64,000 bases of DNA from assembly GCA_964016885.1 (NCBI GenBank), contig CAXHJY010001603.1:1-64000 (forward strand), read 5' to 3'. Origin of the DNA: Eledone cirrhosa. Its lineage: Eukaryota. Below, one piece after another: positions 23,723 through 44,779 of this stretch. The notes below the pieces were generated by a model, which did not search any database, was not told where the DNA came from, and was given only the letters and a program-made list of their open reading frames with translations. The translations under genes were made by a program, and so were the position numbers. Numbering within the stretch: the stretch's first letter is position 1; each line of letters begins with the position of its first letter.

Positions 23723-23726
<4 letters not shown>
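21432..23726 (-). mobile_element. Non-autonomous LTR element (no coding region) in (TA)n
   Basis: LTRs 21432-21836 and 23354-23726; PBS TGGTGACCCCG (tRNA-Trp type, rc of 23341-23351); purine tract rc at 21837-21850; 1.5-kb internal region with no RT/IN similarity seen. Confidence 0.9.
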
Positions 23727-23793
<67 letters not shown>

Positions 23794-23876
23794 ATATATA
23801 TATATATGTATGTATATACATATATATATATATGTATGTATATATATATATATATATATGTATGCATATACATACT

Positions 23877-24280
23877 GGGAAAAGGACAACAGATGCCCTC
23901 TTCTTAGTGAGTCAACCGCAAGAGAGGTTCTTAGAGAAGAATAATCCACTATATTTAGCTTTCGTTGACCTAGAGAAGGCCTTTGACAGAGTACCCCGAT
24001 ATGTCATCTGGTGGTCCCTAAGGAAACTAAATATGGAGGAATGGCTTGTGAGGACAGTGCAAGCTATGTACAGAGAAGCTGTCAGTAAAATGAGAGTAGG
24101 AATGGAGTTTAGTGAGGAATTCGAGAAAGAAGCAGGAGTTCATCAGGGTTCGGTCCTCAGCCCACTTATTCATTATACTTCTCCAAGCCATAACAGAGGA
24201 GTTTAACACTGTACTCAAGAGGTGTAGTGGGGTAGCAGGCAAACTAACAGGAAAGGAAAACTTCATATGTAGTAAATGAT
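23877..24280 (+). pseudogene. RTE RT fragment
   Basis: [11 protein letters not shown]...[15 protein letters not shown]...[11 protein letters not shown]. Confidence 0.88.
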
Positions 24281-24379
24281 ATGATATATACATATATATT
24301 CCACTACATAACATATTCCCTTTCACTCTCATAATTCCCCCTTCTCTCACTAAACCAACGAATTCTTTCCCGCTTTCTA

Positions 24380-25215
24380 TATTTCTCTCACAATTTTTTC
24401 GATATTTTGAAAAATCTCAAAATCTCAAAATCAAAAGAATTGAAAAACAAAAAAAATTAAAATATCCAAGAATCGAAAGAATCAAAAAGTCGAAAAATCA
24501 GAAAAGTAGTAAAAATCCAAAAATCAAATAAAAATCAAATAATTGAAAAAAGAGATTTAGCTTCTTAGAAGAAGTATGTATTTCTTCTTGTATAGAGAAG
24601 GTTTTGCTTGTTAAAAGAGATATGTACCTATATGTATTTCTTCCTGTATAGTGAAAATCAAAAACTCGAAAAAAAAAAAAAATTTTTTTAAATCGAAAAA
24701 TCGAAAAAAATCAAATAATAAAAAAAAAATCAAGAAATAAAAACAAATAAAAAAATCAAAAAGTCAAACTCTTCTTTAAACATTCTTTACATACCTCCTC
24801 TAACAATCTAAATCTTTGATTTTTTCGTTTCTGGGATTTAAAAATTTATTTGTTTTTATTTTTTTAAATTTATATATTTCTTTTATTTATGTTTTTTTTT
24901 TTTTTATTATTCATTACTTGATTTTTTATAATTTATTTTTTTGTTTTATTTTTCATATTTTTTTTTTATAATTTCCTTTTTTTTCCTTTTTTTTAAAAAT
25001 TAGTTTTTTATTTATTATTTTTTATTTGTATTTTTATTTTTATTTTTTGGGTTTTTAATTTTAATTAGTTTTTTATATTTTTTATTTGAATATTTTTTAA
25101 ATTTCATTATTTGTTTTTTTATTTTCCTTTATATTTTATTGTTTCTATTTTATTTATTTTTTTTAATTTTATTACTTTTTTGTGTTTTTTTATATATTCT
25201 AAAATATTTTAAAAA
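24380..25215. repeat. A-rich then T-rich low-complexity tract (aaaatc-like)
   Basis: Degenerate aaaatcaa/aaaatcga repeats switching to their T-rich complement; a T-rich tract resumes at 25720-26120. Confidence 0.6.
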
Positions 25216-25218
25216 TTT

Positions 25219-25715
25219 GATTTAGCTTCATGCATAGCTGTATACATATATGTATTGAAATTTCGTATTTCTAAAGAAATAAGATAAGATAAGTATTTAG
25301 AAAGCCGTAGCTATGCAAAACACTGAGGCTATTGCCCTCTGGTGGTGTCCAGCAGAAACAAGGGGGACAATCGTCGATGCATTTCGAATTTAACTCATCA
25401 AGACGATCCCTCTCACTCTTGCGACGGCATGATTTGAAAACAGGCGAGAATATATGGTTTTCTCGTCTGTCTAAATGAGGTGATTAACTTGTGCAGCTTC
25501 ATATACAAACGAGATCAATCACCTCATTTACACAGACGAGAAAGCCAGCAGTCGCAAGAGGGGAGGGATTGTCCTGATGAGGACCAGTTAGTTCGAAATG
25601 CATCGACGATTGTCCCCCTTGCTTCTGCTCGATACCACCAGAGGGCGTTAGCTACTGCTTTCTAAATGCTTATCTATAAACATACCGTATTTCTTTAGAA
25701 ATACGAAATTTCTAT
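25219..25715. mobile_element. Fold-back of a short HHR element; HHRs at 25370-25407 (-, decayed) and 25568-25610 (+)
   Basis: attgtc-CTGATGA-ggaccagttagttc-GAAA-tgc-ATC-gacgat; the arms are diverged reverse complements; third copy at 52110-52320. Confidence 0.85.
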
Positions 25716-26297
25716 TTTAAAATATATATTTTTTATTTGTTGATCTTTTTATTTTTATTTATTTTCTGTTTATTTTCTTTTATTTCTTTCTTATCCTTTT
25801 GTTTTTTATTTCTTTGTTTTTTATATTTTATTCTATTTTTTTTGTTTTTATCATATTATTTTAATGATTAGTTGATTTTTTAGTTATTTTTCTATTTCTT
25901 TTCTTTTATTTATTTCTTATCCTTTTGTTTTTTATTTGTTTGTTTTCACTTGTTTGTTTTATGTTATTTTATTATTTTAATTATTTGTTTGTTTTTTATT
26001 TGATTTTTCATTTTTTATATTTTTTTAAATAAAAATATTGTTTTTTAATTCTTTTGTATTTTTGTTTTTTAATTTGTTTTATATTTCTATTATTTTACTT
26101 TATTTTTTATATTTTTGTTCTTGAATGACAAAGGAATAAGTATAAACTCAACAAGCAGGAGCAGAATATAAGTAGTTATATATATATATAAGGTGGGTAA
26201 TAATAAATATAACCTCGATGTTAAATAACAAGGCTCTGTAGAGCCGAACTACGATGTAAATTACAATCAAAGAGTATTTAAATCTTTCAAACATTTA

Positions 26298-26349
26298 ATC
26301 ACTGACGATTGTTTAATACTAGCACAAGGCCGGAATCATCGGAGTTGAT
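26298..26349 (-). ncRNA. Decayed hammerhead motif, CCGATGA core
   Basis: rc: act-CCGATGA-ttccggccttgtgctagtat-TAAAC-aatc-GTC-agt; similar context to 6592-6638. Confidence 0.55.
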
Positions 26350-27036
26350 AACAAAGGTCAAACACAAATATAAGATCAAAACTTTGTCACAAGAATATTA
26401 GGATGATACATAATATGCGAGGTTAGATAAGCATAAGCATCAAACTGGTGAGGAAAAAACATAAGAAAAAACATAAGAATAGGAGCAGATAAATGCAATA
26501 AATTAAAAAAAAAACATGCTGTTACAGATAAATTAAGTACAGTGAAAATCATATATCAGAAAGTTAATAAGAGAAAACATGCAATTAAAATATAAATTTA
26601 AAAATATATCTCAAAAAAATATATTAAAATATGTTTAGATGCACGTGTAGCATAGCCAGGGATTACAGAAAGGTACAAAATTATAAGTTCGGCTATATAA
26701 TTCAGTCATAATAACAATTATTATTCAAAACGTCCAAAGGAGCTAAATAAATGTGAAGCAATAAATACAACCATCAAAGTAAAAGATCCAATATATGTTA
26801 TCAGTTAGGCACTCAAGATACATCATCTAAAGCACCACAGTTCAATAGAGGAGGCAAAGTCATATGCCATCAACAGTACAAATCATCCATCTTAGAATGG
26901 AATTTAAAAATTAAACCTTAAAATAAGCGGTTAAAACAAAATAAAGGGGAGGTAATTTATGTAAGAGATTCTATAAGAGTGTTACTATATATTTAGTGAG
27001 GAAAAATAGAAATTTCGTATTTCTAAAGAAACACGG

Positions 27037-27190
27037 TTTTATCGACCCCGTAAGGATGAAAGGCAAAGTTAACCTCGGCGGGATTTGAACTCAGATCATA
27101 ATATATATAATATAACATGGCATATAAGATATACAATTGTACAGAACGAATCAGCAATTCTGCCCAGCTCAACTGTGAGTCAATTAACTC
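27037..27190 (-). mobile_element. tRNA-derived SINE fragment
   Basis: rc gagttcaaatcccgccgaggttaactttgcctttcatccttacggggtcgataaa (B-box plus conserved central domain). Confidence 0.8.
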
Positions 27191-27264
27191 ATACATGTGT
27201 TCATTAACTAAACAAGACAGTGACCATATGATGTAGCTCCGCAAAAAATAAACAATGGCGACAA

Positions 27265-27451
<187 letters not shown>

Positions 27452-27556
27452 ACGAGGGAAGTGTGGTAAGGAACCAGGTGGACCAGGTGAGTCCAGAAAT
27501 AGATGTCGAAACGGCTTGAGCTCTGCCATCGGGGTTCTAACTCTTTTCCTACATAT

Positions 27557-27649
<93 letters not shown>

Positions 27650-27655
<6 letters not shown>

Positions 27656-28432
27656 ACTGCAAGTTTACGATTATGTGTGTCCGCCTAAAACTAGCAAACT
27701 ACCGGACCAAACTCTTCAAAATTATATGTACATATTCACTATACACTCGGACAGGTAACGGTCGAAAAAGTTTTACTTTGCAAAGGAAGGAATTCATTTA
27801 AATTCAATTTATCTTATTTTCTAATGAATAGCAAAAGAGATCATCCATTTTTGTTTGTTATGTTATCTAGTCTGTAGAGAAGAGAGTGAGGGATGGGAGA
27901 GAGAAAGAGAAAGAGAGTAAGGGATGAGAGAGAAAGAGAGAGTGGGAGATGGGAGAGAGAGAGTAAGGGGATGAGAGAGAAAGAGAGAGAGTGGATGGGA
28001 GAGAGAAAGAAAGAGAGTAAGGGGATGAGAGAGAATGACGATGAAAGAGAGAGAGGGAAAGTAACCAGCGTTCTTAACTTTTATTTATTTATTATTTTTA
28101 CACACTTTTTAACCTCATAAACCTCCTAATTGCAAAAGTTCGCCAAAAGCAACATATTGCCCTTGCTGTGGCTGCAAGTGGCATTGCAGCAACACTTCTG
28201 GATGGAGGTAGAACTGCACACTCCATGTGTAAGCTGCCCATAGATCTCAAACGGCATGAACAATCTGTTTGCAACACCAAGAAGAACTCACCCAAGGGCA
28301 ACCTTCTGCAAACATGCAAGATGATAATTTGGGATGAAGCTACTATGAGCCATAAAGGAACAATTGAAGCTTTGGACCAGACGATAAGGGATCTGAGAGA
28401 AAATAGTTGCATAATGGGAGGAGTGACAATGG
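27650..28432 (+). mobile_element. Helitron fragment with PIF1-family helicase remnant (~28115-28432)
   Basis: ALAVAASGIAATLLDGGRTAHS...LLQTCKMIIWDEATMSHK..EALDQTIRDL..MGG. The upstream extent is tentative. Confidence 0.8.
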
Positions 28433-28570
28433 TCGAGTCATAGTCCTTGTATGGATCTGGCTGATTCTACTTCTGCGGGTTCTTTCAAAATTTACTTCAG
28501 ACGTAACACCCTTGTCTGAAGAACCCGCAGAAGTAGAATCAGCCAGATCCATACAAGGACCATGACTCGA
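28433..28570. repeat. ~60-bp-arm inverted repeat
   Basis: tcgagtcatagtccttgtatggatctggctgattctacttctgcgggttctt / aagaacccgcagaagtagaatcagccagatccatacaaggaccatgactcga. Confidence 0.9.
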
Positions 28571-28729
28571 GCTATATGCCGGCGAGATATTTGTAACACG
28601 AAATAAACTAAGTCCAGATGCATCACTGATTTTTCGTTTTCTTTATAATATCTACACTCTACTCTGATGAATATCGAGTGCTAATTTTGGCACACCGCCT
28701 ATGGAAGCACCATACCTACCACTATACAC

Positions 28730-28763
<34 letters not shown>

Positions 28764-28849
28764 AGAAAAAGAAAAAGACGATCGATTTTCGTCAAATCGG
28801 ACCGAGGGAACAATGTTTCCCTTGGTCTTTCCAATTGCTAATACTATCT

Positions 28850-28984
28850 ATCGGTCGCAACTCCAGGTAGAAGGAGCAACGTGAAATAAAGTGTCTAGCT
28901 CAAGGACATAACGCTTCACCTGGTCCAGGAATCGAACTCACAACCTTACGATTGCGAATCCAATTCTCTAACCACTCAGCCACA

Positions 28985-28990
<6 letters not shown>
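28850..28990 (-). mobile_element. tRNA-derived SINE (CORE-like domain), 5' part
   Basis: rc gtggctgagtggtt (A-box), gagttcgattcc (B-box), gtccttgagctagacactt. Confidence 0.75.
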
Positions 28991-29029
<39 letters not shown>

Positions 29030-29030
29030 G

Positions 29031-29070
<40 letters not shown>

Positions 29071-29087
29071 TGCGTGTGGCTGAGTGG

Positions 29088-29224
<137 letters not shown>

Positions 29225-29297
29225 GTAGGTCCTGGGTTGAGTCGGGGATAACCACAGTAAGTAAGGTACTCAATACATGGCAGAGTAAAATTTTTTT

Positions 29298-29419
29298 ATT
29301 TTATAGAAGGAGCTTCTACAGGACTAGTACTGTTTCATTCAGATGAAATCTTCAGGAAGCTTTCATCTGAAGATTTCATCTGAATGAAACAGTACTAGTC
29401 CTGTAGAAGCTCCTTCTAT

Positions 29420-29424
<5 letters not shown>
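29298..29424. ncRNA. Head-to-head double hammerhead mini-element (29312-29360 minus; 29367-29410 plus)
   Basis: CTGAAGA-tttcatctgaat-GAAAC-agtactagtcct-GTA-gaagc on both strands. Confidence 0.85.
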
Positions 29425-29489
<65 letters not shown>

Positions 29490-29494
<5 letters not shown>

Positions 29495-32400
29495 TCCTTC
29501 GGTTGAGCACTCTACTGATTTATATTCATCATGCAGAAACAACATCTGAATATTTCTACAAAGAACATACCCGTACCAAGCAGGAAAACACCTAAAACTC
29601 CTGATACAGAAAACAGACGCGTTCATTAAAAGGTTGCGTTGGCGTGCCTTTTATTTCGATAATCCGCGAAAATCAGACAACAAACAGGATAAATTTGGAT
29701 TTAAAACCTATAATAACCCTCCAGCATTGCTACCCTTCGAAAATGATGTCTTGGAACTCATTCGGAGTATCAAATTTCGGAATAGGAGCAATTCCTTCCA
29801 GAAAGACCTGAAGAATAGAATTCGTTCTATTAAGGATTCTAACGCCGTGCACGTCCATTCCGACAAAACTGGCAACCTATATCAAGTGGAGCGCAGTACT
29901 TACCATCAACTACTACATAATGCTGTAACTAAGGATTACCGTAAAACTAATCGGTGTGTCATCAATGAAATCAACGATGCTGGGTTTAAAATCACATCTG
30001 ATCTCAACATCATGGACCGGACCGAACCTCTGGACCCTATCTCTCCCCACTTTACCCTGAAGGATCACAAATCCAATTTTCCGAACAACCCCTCTATTCG
30101 GCTTATTAACCCTACGAAGTCCGATTTAGGTAGACTTAGTAAAACGATTCTTGATAGAATTATACCTGAAATTAGAAGTTTGGCCCCTCTCGCACTGTGG
30201 AACAATTCCTTCGCGGTGATTGATTGGTTCAACGGCATATGTAACAAGGAACATTGCCGTTTTATCCAATTCGACATCAACAATTACTACTCCTCCATCA
30301 CTTTACCACTTCTCCTTAGAGCTATCAATTTCGCTAAAACACTCACAGTGGTTAAGGATTTCGAAGTTCATGTCATCCTTAATGCCCGAAAGTCGGTGAT
30401 TAATTTCGACGACTCTATTTGGATTAAAAAATCCAATAGCACCCCATTTGACGTGAGTATGGGCGCCAGTGACTCTGCAGAGGTTTCTGATCTTATTGGC
30501 CTTTTCCTTCTTTTCTCTATCAAGGACGAATTCCCCAACGCGGGCGGTGGTTTGTACCGTGACGATGGTCTTTTGACCATGACTAAGTGCGGACCTCGTG
30601 CTTGCGACAGGTTCAGAAAGAACTCACAGCCTTCTTTAAAGGCTTCAACCTCTCTATACAGGCTGAGGCCAATCTCTCGGTCGTTAATTACCTCGACGTT
30701 ACCCTCAATTTATTGAATGGGTTGTATTACCCGTATAGAAAGCCGAATGATACGCTTAATTACATAAGTAAGCATTCCAACCATCCTGCCAGCATAGCCA
30801 AGAACCTGGTAAAAAACGTTTCGTTGAGGCTTTCCCGTCTTTCCACCAACGAGCGCATTTTCAACGACCATTCCACTTATTACAATGAAGCTCTTGCTCG
30901 AAGTGGATTTGTCGATAAGGTAGCTTATACAGAGTACGAAAATAGACCTAGAAGAAATAGATCCCGTCGCATTTGTTGGTTTAACCCACCATATAATATG
31001 GAGGTGGCCACACCATTAGCTAAGATCTTTCTTTCCCTTATTACGAAGCATTTTCCCCCTACACATAAATATAGTAACATTTTTAATAGAAATACTATTA
31101 AAATGTTTTACTCTATGACTCCTAACCTTGCACATAACATCACAGCTTCAAACTTAGCTAAACTACCTAGCCGTAGGAACACGTGCAACCCTGTAGTTAG
31201 TACTAACTGTAATTGTAGGAATCGGGCTGATTGCCCTCTATCCGGGAAATGCCTCTCTAGTAACATTGTCTACAAATGTAAGGTTGTAACACCCACGTCC
31301 CGTAGGGCCTACATAGGGTTAACCGCCAATAGTTTCAAGCAGCGTCTTTACATGCATACCCATTCTTTTCGTTACCCTCTAAGAAGGAATATGACGTCAC
31401 TTTCAGCTTATATCTGGAGTCTAAAAGACAACCACACCCAATATAAGTTACACTGGGAGATCCTAGCTAGGGCTAGATCGTATTACGGAAATAAAAGACC
31501 ATGTGACCTCTGCGCCGCTGAGGCCCTGGAAATACTCTACGCCACAGACCACATCTTAAACAAAAAATCTGAGGCAATTTCGGCTTGTATATGTTTTGTT
31601 TATTCCTTTACTTATTTGCATAGGTAAGTATATATTACCCGTATGTTTTGTGAAGGTATGTATACCTTCTCGTACGTATATTTGACTGTTATGGCGTATA
31701 ATTTTTACATATTCTGGTATTTAGGGTTTGGCTATGTGTATACGGGAGTTTTGCGTCTGCGTGAGTATGCAGGTTCGTACGTATGGTGGGTGTGTGTATA
31801 TGTGTACTTCTTGTTTTAGTTGACTTACGTCTCCGAACATTCGTGGATTTATTTGTAGGTATGTGTGTGCGCTTGTTATATACGTATTTATTTACTTATA
31901 TACGTTTATATAAATATTTATTTATTTGTACACAAGCATACACACACACACATATTTATATGTGCGTGGTTTTGTATACCCATGGTAAGGTTTTGCGGAT
32001 GCTTGTGTATGTACGTATCTGTTTGCGTGTATGTATTTATTTGTTTCTATTACTTCTGTATTGTATTTATTTACTTTGTTCTTAACTCTGTAGCGGAGAT
32101 TTCATTTGGTCTCCTAGTTAGAATTTTAGTCTACGACTTCTGCTATACCATTTACGTGGTTTTGTCTTTGCGTGCTATTGTTCTCCACGCTCCACATATT
32201 ACTTATTATCTTCGTTTTTTCGTTCATTGCCAGAGAACGTCTCTATGCACCACCTAAGAGAACATTAGTCTACGACCTCTTTTATACCATAAACGTGGTT
32301 CTGTCTTTGCGCGTAATTGTTTTTCACCGCTCCTATTAATGACGTATTATATTCGTTTTTTCCCGTTCTTTGCCAGCGAACGTTACCACGAACCAAAGTA

Positions 32401-32545
32401 TCGTCTTCCTGTCTTCCTCCGGTTGCAACGTTTTTTGAAATATCCAGTTCTGCGTTTACAGATTGACTTTTTTAGTTTCAGAAGATCCTGTTAAGGGTGA
32501 AAGCAGCGAGTCTTTGCTTAAACTTTAATCTGTTATTTTTATAAA
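29490..32545 (+). mobile_element. Near full-length PLE with 3' HHR (32474-32524, CAGAAGA)
   Basis: STKNIPVPS N-terminus; LRWRAFYF, SDKTGNLY, TLKDHK, RLINPTKS, QFDINNYYSSI, MGASDSAE, GLYRDDGL; CNC..CPLSGKCL, IVYKC..YIGLT; 3' UTR with ~135-bp duplication at 32125-32390. Confidence 0.93.
29530..31627 (+). pseudogene. PLE RT/GIY-YIG ORF with frameshifts (near 29590 and 30610)
   Basis: Overlapping ORFs 29634-30716 and 30587-31627. Confidence 0.88.
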
Positions 32546-32557
32546 TATATATATATA

Positions 32558-33161
32558 TGAAAGACGTAAAATAAGAAAATTATAAAAATTAACTTACTTA
32601 CTAAAATTTCACTCCAACTAATTAGTTTCTGAACGGGAATAAACATAGTTTCCGAAGAAACGTACGAAGAAGCCTTTCGTCATCAGGGAAGTCTATTCTC
32701 AGCTAAGTTTCCAGGCAATGCGTGGATACAGGGAACTTATACAAAAATAATTCAGTGGATGGAAAAAAGCAAAGCGTGGACTAAGTTCCAAGCCATTGAA
32801 AAAATCACTGCCTACTGCGTTCGGCTGCTGTCTTCTTAACAAACCACTCCTCACTGATTAACCTCGATGTCACGTAATTGATTCTTTTGAATTTGCCACC
32901 GACGCTGTAGGCAGTGATTTTTTCAATGGCTTGGAACTTAGTCCACGCTTTGCTTTTTTCCATCCACTGAATTATTTTTGTATAAGTTCCCTGTATCCAC
33001 GCATTGCCTGGAAACTTAGCTGAGAATAGACTTCCCTGATGACGAAAGGCTTCTCCGTACGTTTCTTCGGAAACTATGTTTATTCCCTTTCAGAAACTAA
33101 TTAGTTGGAGAGAAATTTTTGTAAGTTAATTTTTATAATTTTCTTATTTTACGTCTTTCAT
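32558..33161. mobile_element. Fold-back HHR element; HHRs at 32612-32691 (-) and 33031-33110 (+) with enlarged loop II
   Basis: ~265-bp inverted arms around a ~75-bp spacer; ttcc-CTGATGA-cgaaagg[~35 nt]cctttca-GAAAC-taatta-GTT-ggag. Confidence 0.8.
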
Positions 33162-33272
33162 ATTATTGTTCTGCATCCCCATGCATTGAACCACAACGTT
33201 ACTAAGACAAAACCTATATATTTTGTGGCATAGGTATGCATCTGTATATATATGTTAGTAGATATACTAATT

Positions 33273-33326
<54 letters not shown>

Positions 33327-33410
33327 ACACAAATGTTATTGCATGATGATATTTGTTTTTGAAATGCGCATAATAAAATACATGGAACTCTTTTAACCAT
33401 CTTTTGATCT

Positions 33411-39179
<5,769 letters not shown>

Positions 39180-39185
<6 letters not shown>

Positions 39186-39757
39186 TTGGAGCTCTGAAAT
39201 AGCAATATATATATGGATGTATATATAATGTATTTTGCAATGCACTTTATGCTTAATTAAAAGCATTTTGAAGACCGTAAGCTATTGTTTTAAAGTAGTG
39301 ACAAATTCACTTACTTTGATCTCAGCAAACAGGGGAGATAAGCCTACAAGGCCTTGTTTCGCTTTTGTTGAAGCTTATCAAGGCTAACTACTCCCTCCTG
39401 TCTACCGATATATATACAGCTACCAATATATATACATCCATATATATATTGCTATTTCAGAGCTCCAATTCTAATTTTTAATTTCTGCCTGACCAACAAC
39501 CGCTCTGTATAATCAGTTCCTGATTATTTACTAGAATTCTATAAGAATATAACATCAGTGATCTCGGTAGACAGGAGGGAGTAGTTAGCCTTGATAAGCT
39601 TCAACAAAAGCGAAACAAGGCCTTGTCGGCTTATCTCCCCTGTTTGCTGAGATCAAAGTAAGTGAATTTGTCACTACTTTAAAACAATAGCTTACGGTCT
39701 TCAAAATGCTTTTAATTAAGCATAAAGTGTATTGCAAAATACATTATATATACATCC

Positions 39758-39760
<3 letters not shown>
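39180..39760. mobile_element. ~318-bp retrozyme relative: partial minus copy plus one full plus monomer; U3:A8 HHRs at 39341-39385 (-) and 39587-39631 (+)
   Basis: agcc-TTGATAA-gcttcaacaaaagc-GAAAC-aaggcctt-GTC-ggct. Shares GGTCTTCAAAATG, GCTATTTCAGAGC, AATTTCTGCC.GACC..CAACCGCTCT and CAGTTCCTG with the 310-mer; tacatcca recurs at 39433 and 39751. Confidence 0.88.
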
Positions 39761-39788
<28 letters not shown>

Positions 39789-40519
39789 TATGTGTGTGTG
39801 TATGTATGAATGTTTGTGTATGTGTGTGTGTATGTGCACATGTATATTTATATTCATTTCAAACACTAACCACAATCCCTATTTCTTTATAGTACACATA
39901 TCCCTTTAAGGATATAGATAGTTTACACCGTAGCCTCACCCCTAACGTAGGTTAAACTACTTTCCTTATCTTTTTCTTCATTTTCATTTTTATTTTATTT
40001 AATTCCTCTCAGACAAACCACTGACCAACAGAAGTCCCCCCCTCCTCAGTACAGCACCACACTCTTTCAACTCCCATCACGCATAGCCCATACCCACCTC
40101 CATACCCAGCACCTTGCCCTCACCACATACACACCTAAATGTCTATGAAACAGCCAAATACCACATCCCCGCAACTCACACCAACCATCGCTCCCCACCA
40201 CTACCTCTTCATTATGACCCCCCCCCCACACACACTTATCACACATACCAAAACTTTCCCTATAACAAAACCACCAATCAAAATAGCAGTAACTGACCAC
40301 CATAAATGAATGCGAATCGTTATAGACCTTTTTAAGCCCTACAGGTCCGACGAGATTTTGATTCCAGAATCGGGCTAGATCGATACAGATCGAACCTTGA
40401 GCTGATCAATAAACATAATGAAGACATAACAAATCATCCTTTTATTATATAATGAACAGCCACGAAATTTAGTAGATAAATTATGTAATATTTATTCATT
40501 ATTTATTCATAGTAGGATG

Positions 40520-40700
40520 GATTGGCAGTATCGGTAGAGGGTCGGACGCCATGCTTTCCAGCATAGTTACGTCCCTTTACGATCTGAGTTCAAATCCCGC
40601 CGAGGTTGACTTTGCCTTTCATCCTTACGGGGTCGATAAAATAAAGTACCAGTAATGCACTGGGTAATTGCTGACCTTGTGCCTAAAGTAGAAACAATTA
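40520..40700 (+). mobile_element. tRNA-derived SINE (Meta/MESC-like central domain)
   Basis: tggcagtatcgg A-box, gagttcaaatccc B-box, gcctttcatccttacggggtcgataaaataaagtaccag. Confidence 0.85.
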
Positions 40701-40782
40701 TTTATTCATAGTAATCCAACTTATTTTACAAACGGGATAAAAAACAATAAACCGTACACAATCCCGCAGACCTTCCTTTATT

Positions 40783-40823
<41 letters not shown>

Positions 40824-41280
40824 CTCTCACCTTCTTTCGCCCCCTCTGTCAGTTACACTTTCTCTCGACTGACCTCTTCCTCGCACTTCCACTCACTCAC
40901 TCTCTGTTTCTCCCTTCTCACTTCCTCCCGTTTGGCTAGTAGTGAGTTCTCTTCTTGCTCGCATCTCACTCGCGTCGGACGGTCTGTATCCCCGATCGCT
41001 CATGAAGTCCACCCAGTTTGTGCTGACCGGATAACCATGTTGCTTGTTTATTCCCATCTTTGCGTTGCTGTCATCCTTCTGTGTTGTTTGCTTGTCTCAC
41101 TCGCTTTACGCGATTTACTTGTCCCAATAGCTTTATTTAGCTATTGCTCGCACCAACCTGAGGTATATGATTTTTAATGCGATGAAATATCAATGATGGT
41201 TGGCAAATCACTGACGAAGGACTATTTTTGTCATGTGTGACCCATGTGCAACCATGCAGTATTCTTCTTTCTTCTCATGT

Positions 41281-43775
<2,495 letters not shown>

Positions 43776-43949
43776 GATTTATTATTACTCCAAGTGTTTA
43801 CAACATAGGAATTACGGCATACCCGCAGCATCACTATGAAAACGCCTTGTTGAGTCAAACCAAGCCAAGCGTTAATATCATCCACTACCTGGAATACCAT
43901 AACTGGACTTTACCTAAGAGGACTGCATTTAACTATTATTTGTTACTCC

Positions 43950-44003
<54 letters not shown>

Positions 44004-44131
44004 ATGTGTGTGTCTTTTCTGTTGTTCATTGGACTTTGCCTGCTATTTCTGGTTCATATTCTCTGTTTTTCATTTGCTTGTTTCCTTATAGTTTACCATC
44101 ATTCCGTTGGTATACATCTATTACGCAATTT

Positions 44132-44189
44132 ACACCCGAAGATGTCACCGGGTTCTTACGCAACCTGGCCACTGAAATGTGCACTGTGT
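44132..44189 (+). ncRNA. Decayed hammerhead motif, CCGAAGA core
   Basis: acac-CCGAAGA-tgtcaccgggtt..aacctggccact-GAAA-tgtgc-ACT-gtgt; resembles 21216-21268. Confidence 0.55.
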
Positions 44190-44779
44190 TTGCAGAAATA
44201 AATAATTAAGGAAATTCAACATATTTGGCCTCCTGTCATTTCACTTTATAATACATTTACTCCGTTCCCGCACCACCAACATGATTCAACATTAAAGATG
44301 GATGAGTTGCATAGCGTCGAGTGCTTTTTTCATATTACGTCATGATTAACCAGTGCTAAACCGCCAAATTTAAATGTATATATATATATATATATATAAA
44401 TTAAATTAGAAGTCGATTGACATATATGTATAAAATAAATATATCAAACATTGACAGGGGATAATTTGTAAAGAGTGTAAACACACATAATTACGGAGGT
44501 AACATATTAAAATTTAACGAGAACTTGCAATAATGAATAATGATTAATCTCCTTTGTATATATTCCATTAAAGAAATATAATTCACCATTAATAGGTGGA
44601 TCAGACATGTTAAATCTTAGATCGTTATCAAAGGAGAAGATTTAAAACTATTTATGATTAAACCCTAAGAACAAATAACGATGAAAAGCACATGTGGTTT
44701 GTTAAAATACACATCGCCCCGTCGTCAACCCAGTGACGTGAATAGGCTTATCGACAGCTATAAATAGCAGCCGAGGCCT

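Noticed and set aside
28115-28432. Host PIF1 helicase gene
   Set aside because: Isolated fragment among repeats with Helitron-type motifs and no exon context.
28480-28530. CTGAAG motifs at the centre of the 28433-28570 inverted repeat
   Set aside because: No complete core with paired stems; kept only as an inverted repeat.
41208-41245. CTGACGA-aggac..gtc remnant; similar CTGATGA at ~28664 and ~50799
   Set aside because: GAAA is missing; at best deleted relics.
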